Source of the DNA: an uncultured virus (IMG/VR IMGVR_UViG_2920970810_000002)
Lineage: Duplodnaviria; Heunggongvirae; Uroviricota; Caudoviricetes
Direction: 5' to 3' (one strand)
Length of the DNA stretch: 20,000 bases
IMG/VR virus record: IMGVR_UViG_2920970810_000002
Of this stretch, positions 1 through 8,638 are shown piece by piece. Every line of letters begins with the position of its first letter. Positions within the stretch are counted from its first letter, which is position 1. A program made the translations under genes and the position numbers. The notes under the pieces are model-generated. The model made no database searches, had not been told where the DNA came from, and saw only the letters and a list, made by a program, of their open reading frames with translations.

Positions 1-307
1 CGTAGAGGTGGGCGGCGTCAGTGCCGATATGGCGCCGGACCTCCTCGAAATAGATCGCGGCCAACCCACCGCTGTCGTCGGCCAGTTGTTCGAGCCAGCG
101 CTGGAAACGCAGGTACCGCATGCCGCCGCCATCGAAGCGTCCGGAGCGGAAGGTGGCGGTTCCGCTGTGCACGATCCCGCCCGCCAGGCTCGCCCAGCCC
201 GTGGTGGTGCCGAGATCCAGGGCGAGAATGGCGCTGCCCGCGGATGTCGAGATGACCGGGGCCGGATGGGGCGCGCTCTTGGGGAGAGGTGACGGGCACT
301 GGCTCAT
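1..307 (-). CDS. RuvC-like Holliday junction resolvase (phage type), 3' end outside the window
   Basis: Not in the ORF track because it runs off the edge. Manual translation from ATG at 307: MSQCPSPLPKSAPHPAPVISTSAGSAILALDLGTTTGWA...GGGMRYLRFQRWLEQL...IYFEEVRRHIGTDAAHLY. ILALDLG-TTTGWA and the later FEE are RuvC/RNase H-fold acidic motifs; AGAAGGA RBS-like sequence upstream. Confidence 0.8.
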   Translation of the reverse strand, partial: MSQCPSPLPKSAPHPAPVISTSAGSAILALDLGTTTGWASLAGGIVHSGTATFRSGRFDGGGMRYLRFQRWLEQLADDSGGLAAIYFEEVRRHIGTDAAHLY

Positions 308-378
308 GGTGGTGGGTCCTTCTCGTCTGATGTCGGTGAGGGGATGGACGGCACGGTGCCTGCGCGCGCGAAGCCCCT

Positions 379-437
379 GGGGGTGGGAGTGGGAGAACCC
401 GCTTGGCGCGGTTCTCCCCCACCCCCGAAGGGGGTGG
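379..437. repeat. Nested GC-rich inverted repeats (hairpins) between the primase and RuvC-like genes
   Basis: GGGAGAACC (391-399) pairs with GGTTCTCCC (410-418), flanked by GGGGTGG/CCACCCC; a second hairpin CACCCCC-GAA-GGGGGTG follows immediately. Confidence 0.6.
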
Positions 438-494
438 CTTTCACCCCCACAACTTCGAGAGCGCATCAACACGTTGAATCTTTTGGAGAAATCG

Positions 495-710
495 AAGTTG
501 GGACGGCCCATGGCGTGGGTCGCGTTCCCAACTTGAATCTGCGAAAGGCCGCGCAGCGGGGCGCGCTGGAGCCAAGGTAGTTGGGAGGAGCTTTCCCAAC
601 TTGAATGTGCGCGGGACGGCTGGGGGGTGCGCGGTGGCGCGAAAAGCAGCGAAAGTAGTTGGGAAGCTGGCCGCCCAGCTCGCCGCAACTTGCCACAACT
701 TGATTCTGCG
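495..710. repeat. Iteron-like direct and inverted repeats, putative replication origin
   Basis: TTCCCAACTTGAATCTGCG (525-543), TTCCCAACTTGAATGTGCG (593-611), CAACTTGATTCTGCG (696-710), each preceded by an inverted AGTTGGGA (496-503, 579-586, 657-664). Lies directly downstream of the primase-helicase gene. Confidence 0.65.
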
Positions 711-741
711 TAAGTCCGCGTAATCGGGATGAGCTGGCGCA

Positions 742-3063
742 TCACGAGGTCTCCTCCGTCTGATAGACCCAGACCAGAGGGTTCTCGACCGGCAGCGCCG
801 CGCCGCTCTGTGGGCACTTGTAGGTGCTGGGAAGGACCGGGATCCGGACGGGCACGACCTCGCCGGTGTCGGGGTCTGCCGTCTCTTCTCCGGTCGGGAA
901 CGTCATGCCCTCGACGCAGAGATAGCCGAACTTCGAACGCGAGGTTGGCAGGCCGAATGGCGCGCCATCGCGAACGAACTTGATGAAACCCTTCGTGGCC
1001 AGCACGCTGATCCGTTCGCGGATCGTGTCCTTGCCGCCGAGCCCGGCCTGGTTCTCGAAGCTCTCGGCGAACTGCAGCGCGGTGTAGAGTCGGCCGGCCT
1101 CGGCCTCATCGAAGAGCAGTTGAAGGATCACGTCGTGTTTCCGGGTCCGTTCGGCGTCCAGCTTCTCGCCAAATTCGCGGCGCACGAGGCGCTCGCCAGA
1201 GCGGTCCACCACGACCCAGCGCCCGTCGGCCTTGTCGATGATCATCGGCTCGATGCCGGGGCCGTTGCGCAGCTCGAAATGCAGCATCCGCTCCGGCCGG
1301 CCCTCGTCGGGACGGTGCATGATCACGCCGGAGGTGTAGAAGCTGCGGAGGCTGCCCGCGCCCGAGAGCGCCATGAACGGGTCCTCGACGAGCTGTTTCT
1401 TCGTGGTCTTGCGGGTGTGATGGCAGAGGATCAGGCCGGCATCCGGGGCTACGGCGTCCCGCAGCGCTTCGACCCGCTCTTGCAGGAAGAAGAGCATCGC
1501 GGTGTTGTCGTTCTCCCCGCCGCCGTCCGGACCCCCATCGAAGAGATTGCGGATCGGGTCGATGCAGAGGATATCGGGAGCGCCATGGCCGTAGTGGGCG
1601 CGAACCGCGGCGATGGTCAGGCCCACGCCGCCGGCGTCGAGCAGCATGCGGACCTTCGGCGTGGCGACGAGATTGTCGCGCGCCGCGGCCAGGAGCGCCG
1701 GATCGATCCGGATCGCCTGAAGGCGTTCGCGCAGGTAGTGGTATTGAATCTCCGCCTGCAGATAGAAGATCCGCAAGGGCCGGCTTGGCGCGAAGCCGAG
1801 GAACGGCACGCCCGCCGCCATGTGGACGAGCAGACTGATCAGGAAATCGCTCTTGCCGACCTTGGGGGCGCCGCCGAGCACCAGCATCCCGCCGGGCGTC
1901 AGCAGCCGCGGAGCGATGATGTCCTCGGGCATCGGGCTCACGTCGTCGAGCAGTGCGCCGAGCGTGAAAACCGGCAGCGCGGACATCGGCGGAACAGCGA
2001 TCCGTTCGAGGGCCGGTCCGTGGCGCTCTTCGTGCAGCCGCCAGAGGCGCTGTGCTTCCGAGGCGAGACGTTCGAGCGGCCAGCTCGGACGGAGCTGGGC
2101 GGCGTTGTACTGGCAGATCGCCTCCCACGCGTCGTCGCGGCTCATGCGGCCCTCGTGCGCCATGCGGACGTAGTGGCCGATCGCGGCGCTCGCCCCCTGG
2201 AAGCGCGTCCAGTCGTCCGAGCCGCCTTCGCGGACCGGTGTCGTCAGGACATCGGTGATCGAGGGTTTGTCCGAAGATGGGCCTGGCTCGGATCCGACCC
2301 CGGCAAGCGGCGGCATGTCGGCGACTAGCTCGGCGAAGTCGCGCAGATGGACCTCGACCCGCGGGCTGTGGCGGCGGATGTTGACCAGGCGCTTGAACCC
2401 GCCCTTGTGATAGACGGAGCCGGCCAGACGGATCGGCTGGTGGGCCGATCGGAAATGCGTGTCGCCGCCGACCTTGACCGCAATGTCGCCGCGCAGCCGA
2501 CAGAGAAGCGCGATGTCCTCGCCCTCGGCCGGTTCACTCAAGCGCCACCAGACATGCAGCTTGTCGAGACCGTCCGGCGTCCGGCCGCCGCTTTCGACGA
2601 GCAGTGTCGGCTCGCCGAGATGCCGGATGAGGTGGTCGAGCTTGGCGGCGATGTCACCCGCGTCGAGGTCGACCAGGACCGTCTGCATCTGCTGGACATC
2701 GGCGGCCTTGGCCTTGCCGGTCTCGGCGACCGTTCCCGGCACCACATAGAAGGCCGCCCCTTCGCGTGCTGCCCAACCGGCGAAGGAAACCGCCTTCTCC
2801 AGCAAACTGCCGTCGATCTCGATCCAGGCGTTGTGGGGTCGGCCCCCGCCGTGCTCCGCACGGCCATCTTCAGATTTCTTTGGGCCTTGGCCCTTGTCCA
2901 CGAACCCGCGCAGCGGAACCCAGCCCTCGCAATAACCGAAGACGACGTCGAGAAAGACGGCGATCTGCTCTGGATCCGGCTCGATGTCGAACGGATCGGA
3001 CTGCGGCGTAGCGTCGTTGAAGTCGCGCCAGGCATCGAGGGAGACGACTTTGTTCTCGCTCAT
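742..3063 (-). CDS. Primase-helicase: N-terminal RepB/AEP-like primase domain plus RecA-type AAA (AAA_25/RepA-like) helicase
   Basis: VDLD, LLVESGG, KLHVWW and QPIRLAGSVYHK primase-type motifs; Walker A GGAPKVGKS; Walker B ILCIDP; LILCHHTRK. Start placed at ATG 3063 (MSENKVV), an ATGA overlap with the upstream stop. Confidence 0.85.
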   Translation of the reverse strand: MSENKVVSLDAWRDFNDATPQSDPFDIEPDPEQIAVFLDVVFGYCEGWVPLRGFVDKGQGPKKSEDGRAEHGGGRPHNAWIEIDGSLLEKAVSFAGWAAREGAAFYVVPGTVAETGKAKAADVQQMQTVLVDLDAGDIAAKLDHLIRHLGEPTLLVESGGRTPDGLDKLHVWWRLSEPAEGEDIALLCRLRGDIAVKVGGDTHFRSAHQPIRLAGSVYHKGGFKRLVNIRRHSPRVEVHLRDFAELVADMPPLAGVGSEPGPSSDKPSITDVLTTPVREGGSDDWTRFQGASAAIGHYVRMAHEGRMSRDDAWEAICQYNAAQLRPSWPLERLASEAQRLWRLHEERHGPALERIAVPPMSALPVFTLGALLDDVSPMPEDIIAPRLLTPGGMLVLGGAPKVGKSDFLISLLVHMAAGVPFLGFAPSRPLRIFYLQAEIQYHYLRERLQAIRIDPALLAAARDNLVATPKVRMLLDAGGVGLTIAAVRAHYGHGAPDILCIDPIRNLFDGGPDGGGENDNTAMLFFLQERVEALRDAVAPDAGLILCHHTRKTTKKQLVEDPFMALSGAGSLRSFYTSGVIMHRPDEGRPERMLHFELRNGPGIEPMIIDKADGRWVVVDRSGERLVRREFGEKLDAERTRKHDVILQLLFDEAEAGRLYTALQFAESFENQAGLGGKDTIRERISVLATKGFIKFVRDGAPFGLPTSRSKFGYLCVEGMTFPTGEETADPDTGEVVPVRIPVLPSTYKCPQSGAALPVENPLVWVYQTEETS

Positions 3064-3848
3064 GCCGCCAGCCCCCAGCAGCGATCCGACCACGGGCACA
3101 TCCGGCACTCGTGGAAGTCACGGCTCGTAGCGATGCGCGGCAGCAGATCCCCTGCATCGCTCGCCTGAAGGATCCGCACGGCGCGGTCGCTCATACGCTG
3201 GGCGAGCCCCGCGTCGAACGGCACGAGTTCGTGGTGCAGTTCGGCGGTGTCCTTGTTGATGGCGGTGAAGAGCGCTGGATTGTCGGAGATGCCGGGGACC
3301 TGCGGCTCCATGTAGGCCTGGTAGAGGGCGATCTGGGCGGCGTAGACCGGCTTCGCGACAACCACGCCCTTGGCCACGGTCTCGCGCCAGTTCCTGGCGT
3401 TCATCGTCTTGCATTCCCAGAGCGCGGGAACGCCGATGCCCAGCTGCTGCGGAGCAGCGGCAATGATCCCATCGACATGACCGCGGATGCGGCCACCCGC
3501 GACCGAGAAGCCGAACTGAAAGTCGGCGCCAGCCAATTGCTCGCCGTCCGGACGGTTGCCCTTGCGGGTAAAGAGATCGAACCCGGCACCGCGCAGCCAG
3601 CCGATGGCAAGATCTTCGAGCGCGTGTCCGATCTCGAAGATCCGCAGCGTCTGGCCGGAGAACTCCCGGCCCTCATCCTTTGGCGCCCCCGTGAACTCGA
3701 ATTGCAGAGCGCGTTCGCACGGGTGCCCGAGGCGGGAGCCGCCGAGGTAGGTCCTGGGCGCAACCGCCGCGCGTTCAGCAGCGATCGCCTCGTCGATCAC
3801 CGCATTGATGCGTTCGGCGCAGGTGGGGCGGCGGTTGTAGTCGAGCAT
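3060..3848 (-). CDS. Cas4-like PD-(D/E)XK exonuclease with a predicted 4Fe-4S cluster (phage recombination nuclease)
   Basis: N-terminal Cys (LGHPCER) plus C-terminal CRMCPWSDRC (1+3 Cys staple); GHVDG...WECKT catalytic motif; QIALY (QxxxY). Confidence 0.8.
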   Translation of the reverse strand: MLDYNRRPTCAERINAVIDEAIAAERAAVAPRTYLGGSRLGHPCERALQFEFTGAPKDEGREFSGQTLRIFEIGHALEDLAIGWLRGAGFDLFTRKGNRPDGEQLAGADFQFGFSVAGGRIRGHVDGIIAAAPQQLGIGVPALWECKTMNARNWRETVAKGVVVAKPVYAAQIALYQAYMEPQVPGISDNPALFTAINKDTAELHHELVPFDAGLAQRMSDRAVRILQASDAGDLLPRIATSRDFHECRMCPWSDRCWGLAA

Positions 3849-4255
3849 CAGAACGGCACATCCTCGTCTTCAGCAGCAATGGCGTGCATGGCGTCCTGGA
3901 AGCCGCCGACGGCGACCTCGATGAGCGTGAGCACCTGCGCCTCCGAGAGATCGGAGAAGCGCGTCTGCCAGCCGATCTCCTCCATGATTTCGGCGACCGG
4001 CTTCATGGCGGCGCGGATCGCCGCCTTCTCCTGTTCGGTGAGATCAACCATGGCCCAGCGCTCCCGCGCCAAGCGCGTCCAGAAGCCCTGGCAGGCCATC
4101 GAGCAGAACCAGACCGAGGGGCGCGGCCAGTTCGATGGCACCGGATCGAACCAGCCAAAGCCACGGGTGGGTCGCCGGCAGACAGCACAGAGCCTTCCAC
4201 GCGGATGCCAGAGCCGCCGCCGTTCCTCGGCCGTGGTAGGGGAAACAGAAGCCAT
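3848..4255 (-). CDS. DUF6511-like phage protein with an N-terminal Cys-rich finger
   Basis: CAVC...WFCSMAC putative zinc ligands; C-terminal MVDLTEQEKAAIRAAMKPVAEIMEEIGW...EDVPF resembles DUF6511; tightly packed with neighbours. Confidence 0.6.
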   Translation of the reverse strand: MASVSPTTAEERRRLWHPRGRLCAVCRRPTRGFGWFDPVPSNWPRPSVWFCSMACQGFWTRLARERWAMVDLTEQEKAAIRAAMKPVAEIMEEIGWQTRFSDLSEAQVLTLIEVAVGGFQDAMHAIAAEDEDVPF

Positions 4256-4258
4256 GGC

Positions 4259-5962
4259 TCATGCCGCCCTCCCGATGGCTGCTTCGGGCGCGGCATCGGC
4301 CGCGCCGAAGACGAGGGAGCGGATGGCGTCGCGGTTGAACCGGAAGGCCAGCAGCGCCGAGGCCTGGTAGCGGGTGAGCCCGAAGTCCTGCCGGGACTCC
4401 GGCGGCAGGAAGGCGAGCTGCCGGTCGGTGGGCGGCTGGTTCAGCCAGCGGCGGGTCTTGTGGGCGCTCTCGTCGCTCTCATGCTCGTTGAGCCAGTCGT
4501 CAGCCGCTGCCAGACAGACGGTGCGCTCGCCCACGGCCAACAGATGCGGCCGCTGCTTCTGGAGGCCTCCGATGCCGTACCACCGGCCGTTCAGGAAGAA
4601 GACACCGCCCCAGGCATTGAAGCCGTTGGCGATGAGCGCGGCATCGTCGCCGAAGAGGTCGCACCAACGGAAACTCGACCGCTTCAGCAGGTCGATCTCG
4701 GTCATCACGAAGTCACCGAGCGGCGTTGCTTCGCCGCCTTCGGGACGCTCCCAGACATGACCGCACAGCGGGCATTCGATAGTGGCGAGCGGCACGATGG
4801 CGCCGCAGTCCGGGCAATCCTTGGTCGGCGCCTCGCCGGAGGGTTCGCGACCGTCCAGGTCGACGTCCTGCTCCAGCGATCCGTGCATCAGGGTCGAGGT
4901 GCCGAAGTCGAGCACGATGCAGTCGGTCTTGATGATGCCGGGATGCTCCTCGGGCGAGACCGTGCGCAGACCGCGACCGACCATCTGGATCATGGTCGAC
5001 TTGTAGGAGCTCGGCCGCAGCAGCACGACGCAGCCCGTCGGCGGGTGATCCCACCCCTCGGTCAGCACCGCGACATTGACGACGACCCGCAGCTCTCCGG
5101 CGGCGTAGGCGTCGAGGGTCGTCTTGCGGTCGGTATCGGCCATGTCGCCTTGGATCAGCCCGGCGGCGACACCGGCCGCGTTGAAAGCGGCGGTCACGTT
5201 GCGCGCGTGGTCCACGGTCGAGCAGAACACCACCGTCTGGCGCTCGCCCGCCTTTTCCCGCCAGTGGCGGATGACGGCGTCCGTGACCGGCGACCGGTTC
5301 ATGATCGCGTCGACCTCGGCCATGTCGAAATCGTCGGCCGTGCGGCGCACCTTGGTGAGCTGGTCCTGGACGCCGACATCGATCACGAAGGTGCGCGGCG
5401 GCACGAGATGGCCGGACGCGATCAGCTCCCCGATCCGGATCTGATCGGCGACGTTGGAGAACACCGGGCGCAGACCGCGCTTGTCGCCCCGATTGGGCGT
5501 CGCCGTGACGCCGTAGACCCGGCACATGGCATTGCGCTGCAGCGCGGCGTCGATGATGCGCCTATAGCTGTCGGCTGCCGCGTGATGCGCCTCGTCGATC
5601 ACCAGGAGGTCGAGCGCGGGCAGCTGGCCGAGATTACCGGCGCGCGCCAGCGTCGGCACCATGGCGAAGGTGACCTGGCCAGCCCAGGATTTCTCCTTCG
5701 CGTCGACGACCGAGGTCGTGATGCGGGGATTCACCCGGCCGAACTTGCTGCGGTTCTGCGCGGTCAGCTCGTCGCGGTGGGCGAGCACGCATGCCTTGGC
5801 GCCCGTGCTCTTCGGGGTTTCGCCGACCATGCGACCGACGACCCCCGAAAGCATGATCGTCTTGCCGGCTCCGGTCGGGGCGACGCCGAGGGTGTTTCCG
5901 TGTTCGTCGAGCGCGCGGACGCTGCGCTCGACGAACTGCTTCTGGCGGGGACGCAGCAGCAT
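4259..5962 (-). CDS. SF2 DEAD/DEAH-box helicase (phage RadD/UvsW-like) with zinc ribbon
   Basis: Q-motif LRPRQ, APTGAGKT, DEAHH, TATPNR, LTEGWD, QMVGRGLR; CPDC-x10-CPLC ribbon. Start set at ATG 5962 (MLLRPRQ) with GAGG upstream. Confidence 0.92.
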   Translation of the reverse strand: MLLRPRQKQFVERSVRALDEHGNTLGVAPTGAGKTIMLSGVVGRMVGETPKSTGAKACVLAHRDELTAQNRSKFGRVNPRITTSVVDAKEKSWAGQVTFAMVPTLARAGNLGQLPALDLLVIDEAHHAAADSYRRIIDAALQRNAMCRVYGVTATPNRGDKRGLRPVFSNVADQIRIGELIASGHLVPPRTFVIDVGVQDQLTKVRRTADDFDMAEVDAIMNRSPVTDAVIRHWREKAGERQTVVFCSTVDHARNVTAAFNAAGVAAGLIQGDMADTDRKTTLDAYAAGELRVVVNVAVLTEGWDHPPTGCVVLLRPSSYKSTMIQMVGRGLRTVSPEEHPGIIKTDCIVLDFGTSTLMHGSLEQDVDLDGREPSGEAPTKDCPDCGAIVPLATIECPLCGHVWERPEGGEATPLGDFVMTEIDLLKRSSFRWCDLFGDDAALIANGFNAWGGVFFLNGRWYGIGGLQKQRPHLLAVGERTVCLAAADDWLNEHESDESAHKTRRWLNQPPTDRQLAFLPPESRQDFGLTRYQASALLAFRFNRDAIRSLVFGAADAAPEAAIGRAA

Positions 5963-5969
5963 GGCCGCC

Positions 5970-6566
5970 TCACTGCGCCCAGGACGGGCGCGTGCCCGCC
6001 GCCGGTGCTGAAGATTGGGGCATGGATGGCGGGGAAGGCTGAGCCTGCGGCTGCGCTGCCGCACCGGGCACGCCCATGAGGGCGGCATAATCCTTGTGAT
6101 CCGGCGTCACGGCCGCGCGGATCTCGTTCTTCTCCTCGCCGTTGGTGTCGGTGCCGATGTCGATCCGCGCCACGAACTCGAGCCCGTCGAGATCGGCAAA
6201 GCCGCTGATGCGACGCGCGGCCTGGGCCTGGGCGGACGTGTCCTTGTCCGCAATGCCGCGCGCGGAGTTGAGCATGCCGCGGATCAGGCTGCGGCCCATG
6301 TTCGCCCAGTCCGGCCCCTTGGGGCTGTACAGCCCGATCAGGGTGAAGATCTTGCGCCGTGCGTAGGGCCCTTCGAGAACCGTGAACTCGCCCGAGAGAT
6401 AGACCGAGCCGGTGGTCCCCCGCGTGGCGTATCCGCCGGTCCAGCCCTGCGCCGGATCGTCGAAACCGCCCGGACGGATCGTCAGGCGCACCTTGGCCAG
6501 CGTGCCCTTGGGGATGATGTTGCTGTTCTGCTTGGCGTCGTTGAAATCGTTCCAGGATCCAGTCAT
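5970..6566 (-). CDS. Putative phage single-stranded DNA-binding protein (DUF669-like)
   Basis: IPKGT...YLSGEFTVLEGPYARRKIF...KNEIRA pattern; Pro/Ala/Gln-rich tail ending RPSWAQ; follows the Sak4-like ATPase. Start ATG 6566 with GAGGAG RBS. Confidence 0.6.
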   Translation of the reverse strand: MTGSWNDFNDAKQNSNIIPKGTLAKVRLTIRPGGFDDPAQGWTGGYATRGTTGSVYLSGEFTVLEGPYARRKIFTLIGLYSPKGPDWANMGRSLIRGMLNSARGIADKDTSAQAQAARRISGFADLDGLEFVARIDIGTDTNGEEKNEIRAAVTPDHKDYAALMGVPGAAAQPQAQPSPPSMPQSSAPAAGTRPSWAQ

Positions 6567-6583
6567 GGCTGGGGTCTCCTCGT

Positions 6584-7471
6584 TCAGGCGTTTTCGGAAA
6601 TGGCAGGGGCGTCGGAGGTCGCAGCGGTCGCGGCCGGGGGCGCCCTGCGATAGGCCAGCCGTTCGCAAGCCGGCTTCACGGGGCCGCGGATCTTGGCCAT
6701 CAGGCGGCCGAGATGCGGCTCCTCGATCAGGTCGAGACGGCCGGATCGATCCTTCGCCGGGAAATTGCAGGGGTTGATCGTCTGGCAGACGAAGGCACGG
6801 TACGGCGCGCCGGCGTCGTCCTTGATCTCCGCCATCGTCAGGACTTCATCGACGATGCCCGGCAGCTCGAGGCCGGTCTTCGCGCCGTCGATCTGCGGCT
6901 GGAAGATGCGTCGATTGAAGTCGTCGAGCTTCTCGTCGAGGATCCCGACGAACCAGACGTTCTTCGCCCGCGTGTGCTGCAGATGCGTGAGCCACGCGAT
7001 CATCTCGCGGCCGTGCAGGCCATAGGCGCCGCGGACATCGGGCTTGCCGGTCTTCTCCGAGAATGCCTCGGGCTGCCCCTTGCACCATTGGAAGCAGAGC
7101 CGCCCGGCGACGGTGATCGAGTCGATGAAGACCGTGTGGTAGCGGTCGAGCGCAGCCGGATCGCCGAAGCGCTCGCACACCGCCGCGAAGTGGGCCTCGC
7201 TGTAGACCTGGTCGTCCCGCAGCGCCGGATTGGGGCCGCCGATGAAGACCGCGAAGTCGCGGCATTCAGCCCATGTGCGCGGCCGGACGCTGTCGCCGGA
7301 CCATCCCTCGATGGCGAGGTCGCCCGCCTCCAGGTCGATGAACAATGTAGTGGCGGGGTCGAGCGTCCAGAGAAGCGAGGTCTTGCCGATCCCGGACTTG
7401 CCGAAGATCGTGCCCTTGATGCCGCGCGGCTCGGCGAGCCGCTGGTCGGCGGAGATGATCGGGAGGGCCAT
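6584..7471 (-). CDS. AAA_24 / Sak4-like ATP-binding recombination protein
   Basis: Walker A GKSGIGKTS, IDLEAG, Walker B VFIDSIT, C-terminal AKDRSGRL; TGATG overlap with the upstream gene. Confidence 0.85.
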   Translation of the reverse strand: MALPIISADQRLAEPRGIKGTIFGKSGIGKTSLLWTLDPATTLFIDLEAGDLAIEGWSGDSVRPRTWAECRDFAVFIGGPNPALRDDQVYSEAHFAAVCERFGDPAALDRYHTVFIDSITVAGRLCFQWCKGQPEAFSEKTGKPDVRGAYGLHGREMIAWLTHLQHTRAKNVWFVGILDEKLDDFNRRIFQPQIDGAKTGLELPGIVDEVLTMAEIKDDAGAPYRAFVCQTINPCNFPAKDRSGRLDLIEEPHLGRLMAKIRGPVKPACERLAYRRAPPAATAATSDAPAISENA

Positions 7472-7767
7472 CACTTGCCTCCCTTCGTCGCGATCAGGGC
7501 GTCGATCGCGACGTCCGCGCCGAGCGCGCCGGCCTTGCGGGCCTCGTCGTGGAGGGTGCGCACCGCGTCGATTTCTCGGTAGAGGGCCGATGCCCGCTCG
7601 TTCAGACCGATGAGGGCAAATGCCAGGTCGTCGATCGAGGCCGTCCCGACCGGCTTGACGGTCTCGTCGCGACGCTCGCCAAGGGCCGGCACCCGGATGG
7701 TCTCGGGCAGCTTTTCCAGCCCGTAATGGTGCTCGCGGAGCACCGCGAGCTTCTTCGTGATGCTCAT
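7471..7767 (-). CDS. Hypothetical phage protein (98 aa)
   Basis: Overlaps both neighbours (ATGA and TGATG) within the operon; protein-like composition. Confidence 0.7.
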   Translation of the reverse strand: MSITKKLAVLREHHYGLEKLPETIRVPALGERRDETVKPVGTASIDDLAFALIGLNERASALYREIDAVRTLHDEARKAGALGADVAIDALIATKGGK

Positions 7768-8252
7768 GTCGTCACCTCGCCGTTCAGGGAAAGACGGAAG
7801 CTGGGCTTGCCGGTGCGGACGGTGCGCGCGTCCTCGAAGGCGGAGCGGATGTGGCTCGGCCAGGCCGCGAACTTGCGCTCGGGCACCTTGATCGCGACAT
7901 CGACGTATTCACCGGGGTCGTCGCCCTCGGCCCGGATGCGTTCGACGAGAGCGGCGAGCTTGTCCTGGTCCCAGTCGACGCGCTTCGGCAGATCGGCGAT
8001 CACGGTGACCGCGCCGTCATCGAAGCGGACCGTGCCGGTGTCTTTGCCGGCAGTCTGGCGCGCTGCGTGGGCACGATCGCCGTACTTGAGCGCGACGGCC
8101 CCATCGAGCCAGTCGCAGACGGTCTTGGCGCGGCGCAGGGCGTCGGCGGCATCGTCCTGCAAGAGGGCGAGTTGCTCGGCGGGCAGAGCGGCGATGTCGC
8201 CGACGGCCATGCGGCGGAGCTCATCGAGGGAGATACGGTTTGAGATCGTCAT
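7764..8252 (-). CDS. Hypothetical phage protein (about 162 aa), possibly Gp157/Gam-like
   Basis: Start ATG 8252 (MTISNRIS) after GAGGGGG; helical N-half, KRVDWDQ and VRTGKPSFRL C-terminal motifs; typical position before the Sak4/SSB genes. Confidence 0.7.
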   Translation of the reverse strand: MTISNRISLDELRRMAVGDIAALPAEQLALLQDDAADALRRAKTVCDWLDGAVALKYGDRAHAARQTAGKDTGTVRFDDGAVTVIADLPKRVDWDQDKLAALVERIRAEGDDPGEYVDVAIKVPERKFAAWPSHIRSAFEDARTVRTGKPSFRLSLNGEVTT

Positions 8253-8262
8253 CACCGCCCCC

Positions 8263-8472
8263 TCACGCCGCAGGCTTGCTTGGGTGGTCGGCGGTACTCG
8301 CGCGGATCTGCTCGCGCTCGTACTCCTCGACGTCTTCGAGGCGATACACGACGCGACCGCCGAGCTTGACGAAGCGCGGGCCTTCGCCCGTCCAGCGCCA
8401 GCGCTCAAGCGTGCGGTGGCTGATGTTCCAGCGCGCAGCCAGGTCGATCTGGTTGAGGTGTTTCGTAGCCAT
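8263..8472 (-). CDS. AlpA/excisionase-like winged-HTH DNA-binding protein (69 aa)
   Basis: MATKHLNQIDLAARWNISHRTLERWRWTGEGPRFVKLGGRVVYRLEDVEEYE matches the HTH_17/AlpA pattern; AAGGAG RBS before ATG 8472. Confidence 0.88.
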   Translation of the reverse strand: MATKHLNQIDLAARWNISHRTLERWRWTGEGPRFVKLGGRVVYRLEDVEEYEREQIRASTADHPSKPAA

Positions 8473-8526
8473 CTGATTCTCCTTCGGTTTTGGTCGAAAA
8501 CCTGCGGAGACGATGGACGAGGCCGG

Positions 8527-8567
8527 GGGAGGAGCCGGGGAGGAGCCAGGGAGGAGATACGGGAGGA
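8527..8567. promoter_or_regulatory. Four helically phased GGGAGGA heptamer repeats upstream of the replication operon
   Basis: GGGAGGA at 8527, 8538, 8549 and 8561 (periods 11, 11, 12 bp) in the intergenic region. Confidence 0.55.
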
Positions 8568-8584
8568 ATGCAGTCCGAGTGGCC

Positions 8585-8617
8585 AAAAACCAAAAAGGCC
8601 GCCCCGAAGGACGGCCT
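8585..8617 (-). terminator. Rho-independent terminator after the 315-aa gene
   Basis: - strand reads AGGCCGTCC-TTCG-GGGCGGCCT-TTTTGGTTTTT: 9-bp stem, UUCG loop, U tract, 21 nt past the stop. Confidence 0.85.
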
Positions 8618-8638
8618 AGTTTCGAGAGGCTTTCAGTG

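Noticed and set aside
495..710. Repeats considered as a mini CRISPR array, given the nearby Cas4-like gene
   Set aside because: Units are under 20 bp, occur in both orientations with irregular spacing, and no cas1/cas2 is present; solo Cas4-like nucleases are common in phage recombination modules.
3064..3108. ORF-track upstream start of the primase, and similar extensions at 6088, 6668, 8408, 8586, 11942, 13095 and 16879
   Set aside because: Most of these extensions overlap neighbouring genes or regulatory DNA; the downstream starts have an RBS or stop/start coupling.
1120..6079. Long + strand ORFs (402, 273, 419 and 731 aa) opposite the replication genes
   Set aside because: Antisense shadows of high-GC coding genes; no motifs, while the - strand carries recognisable proteins.
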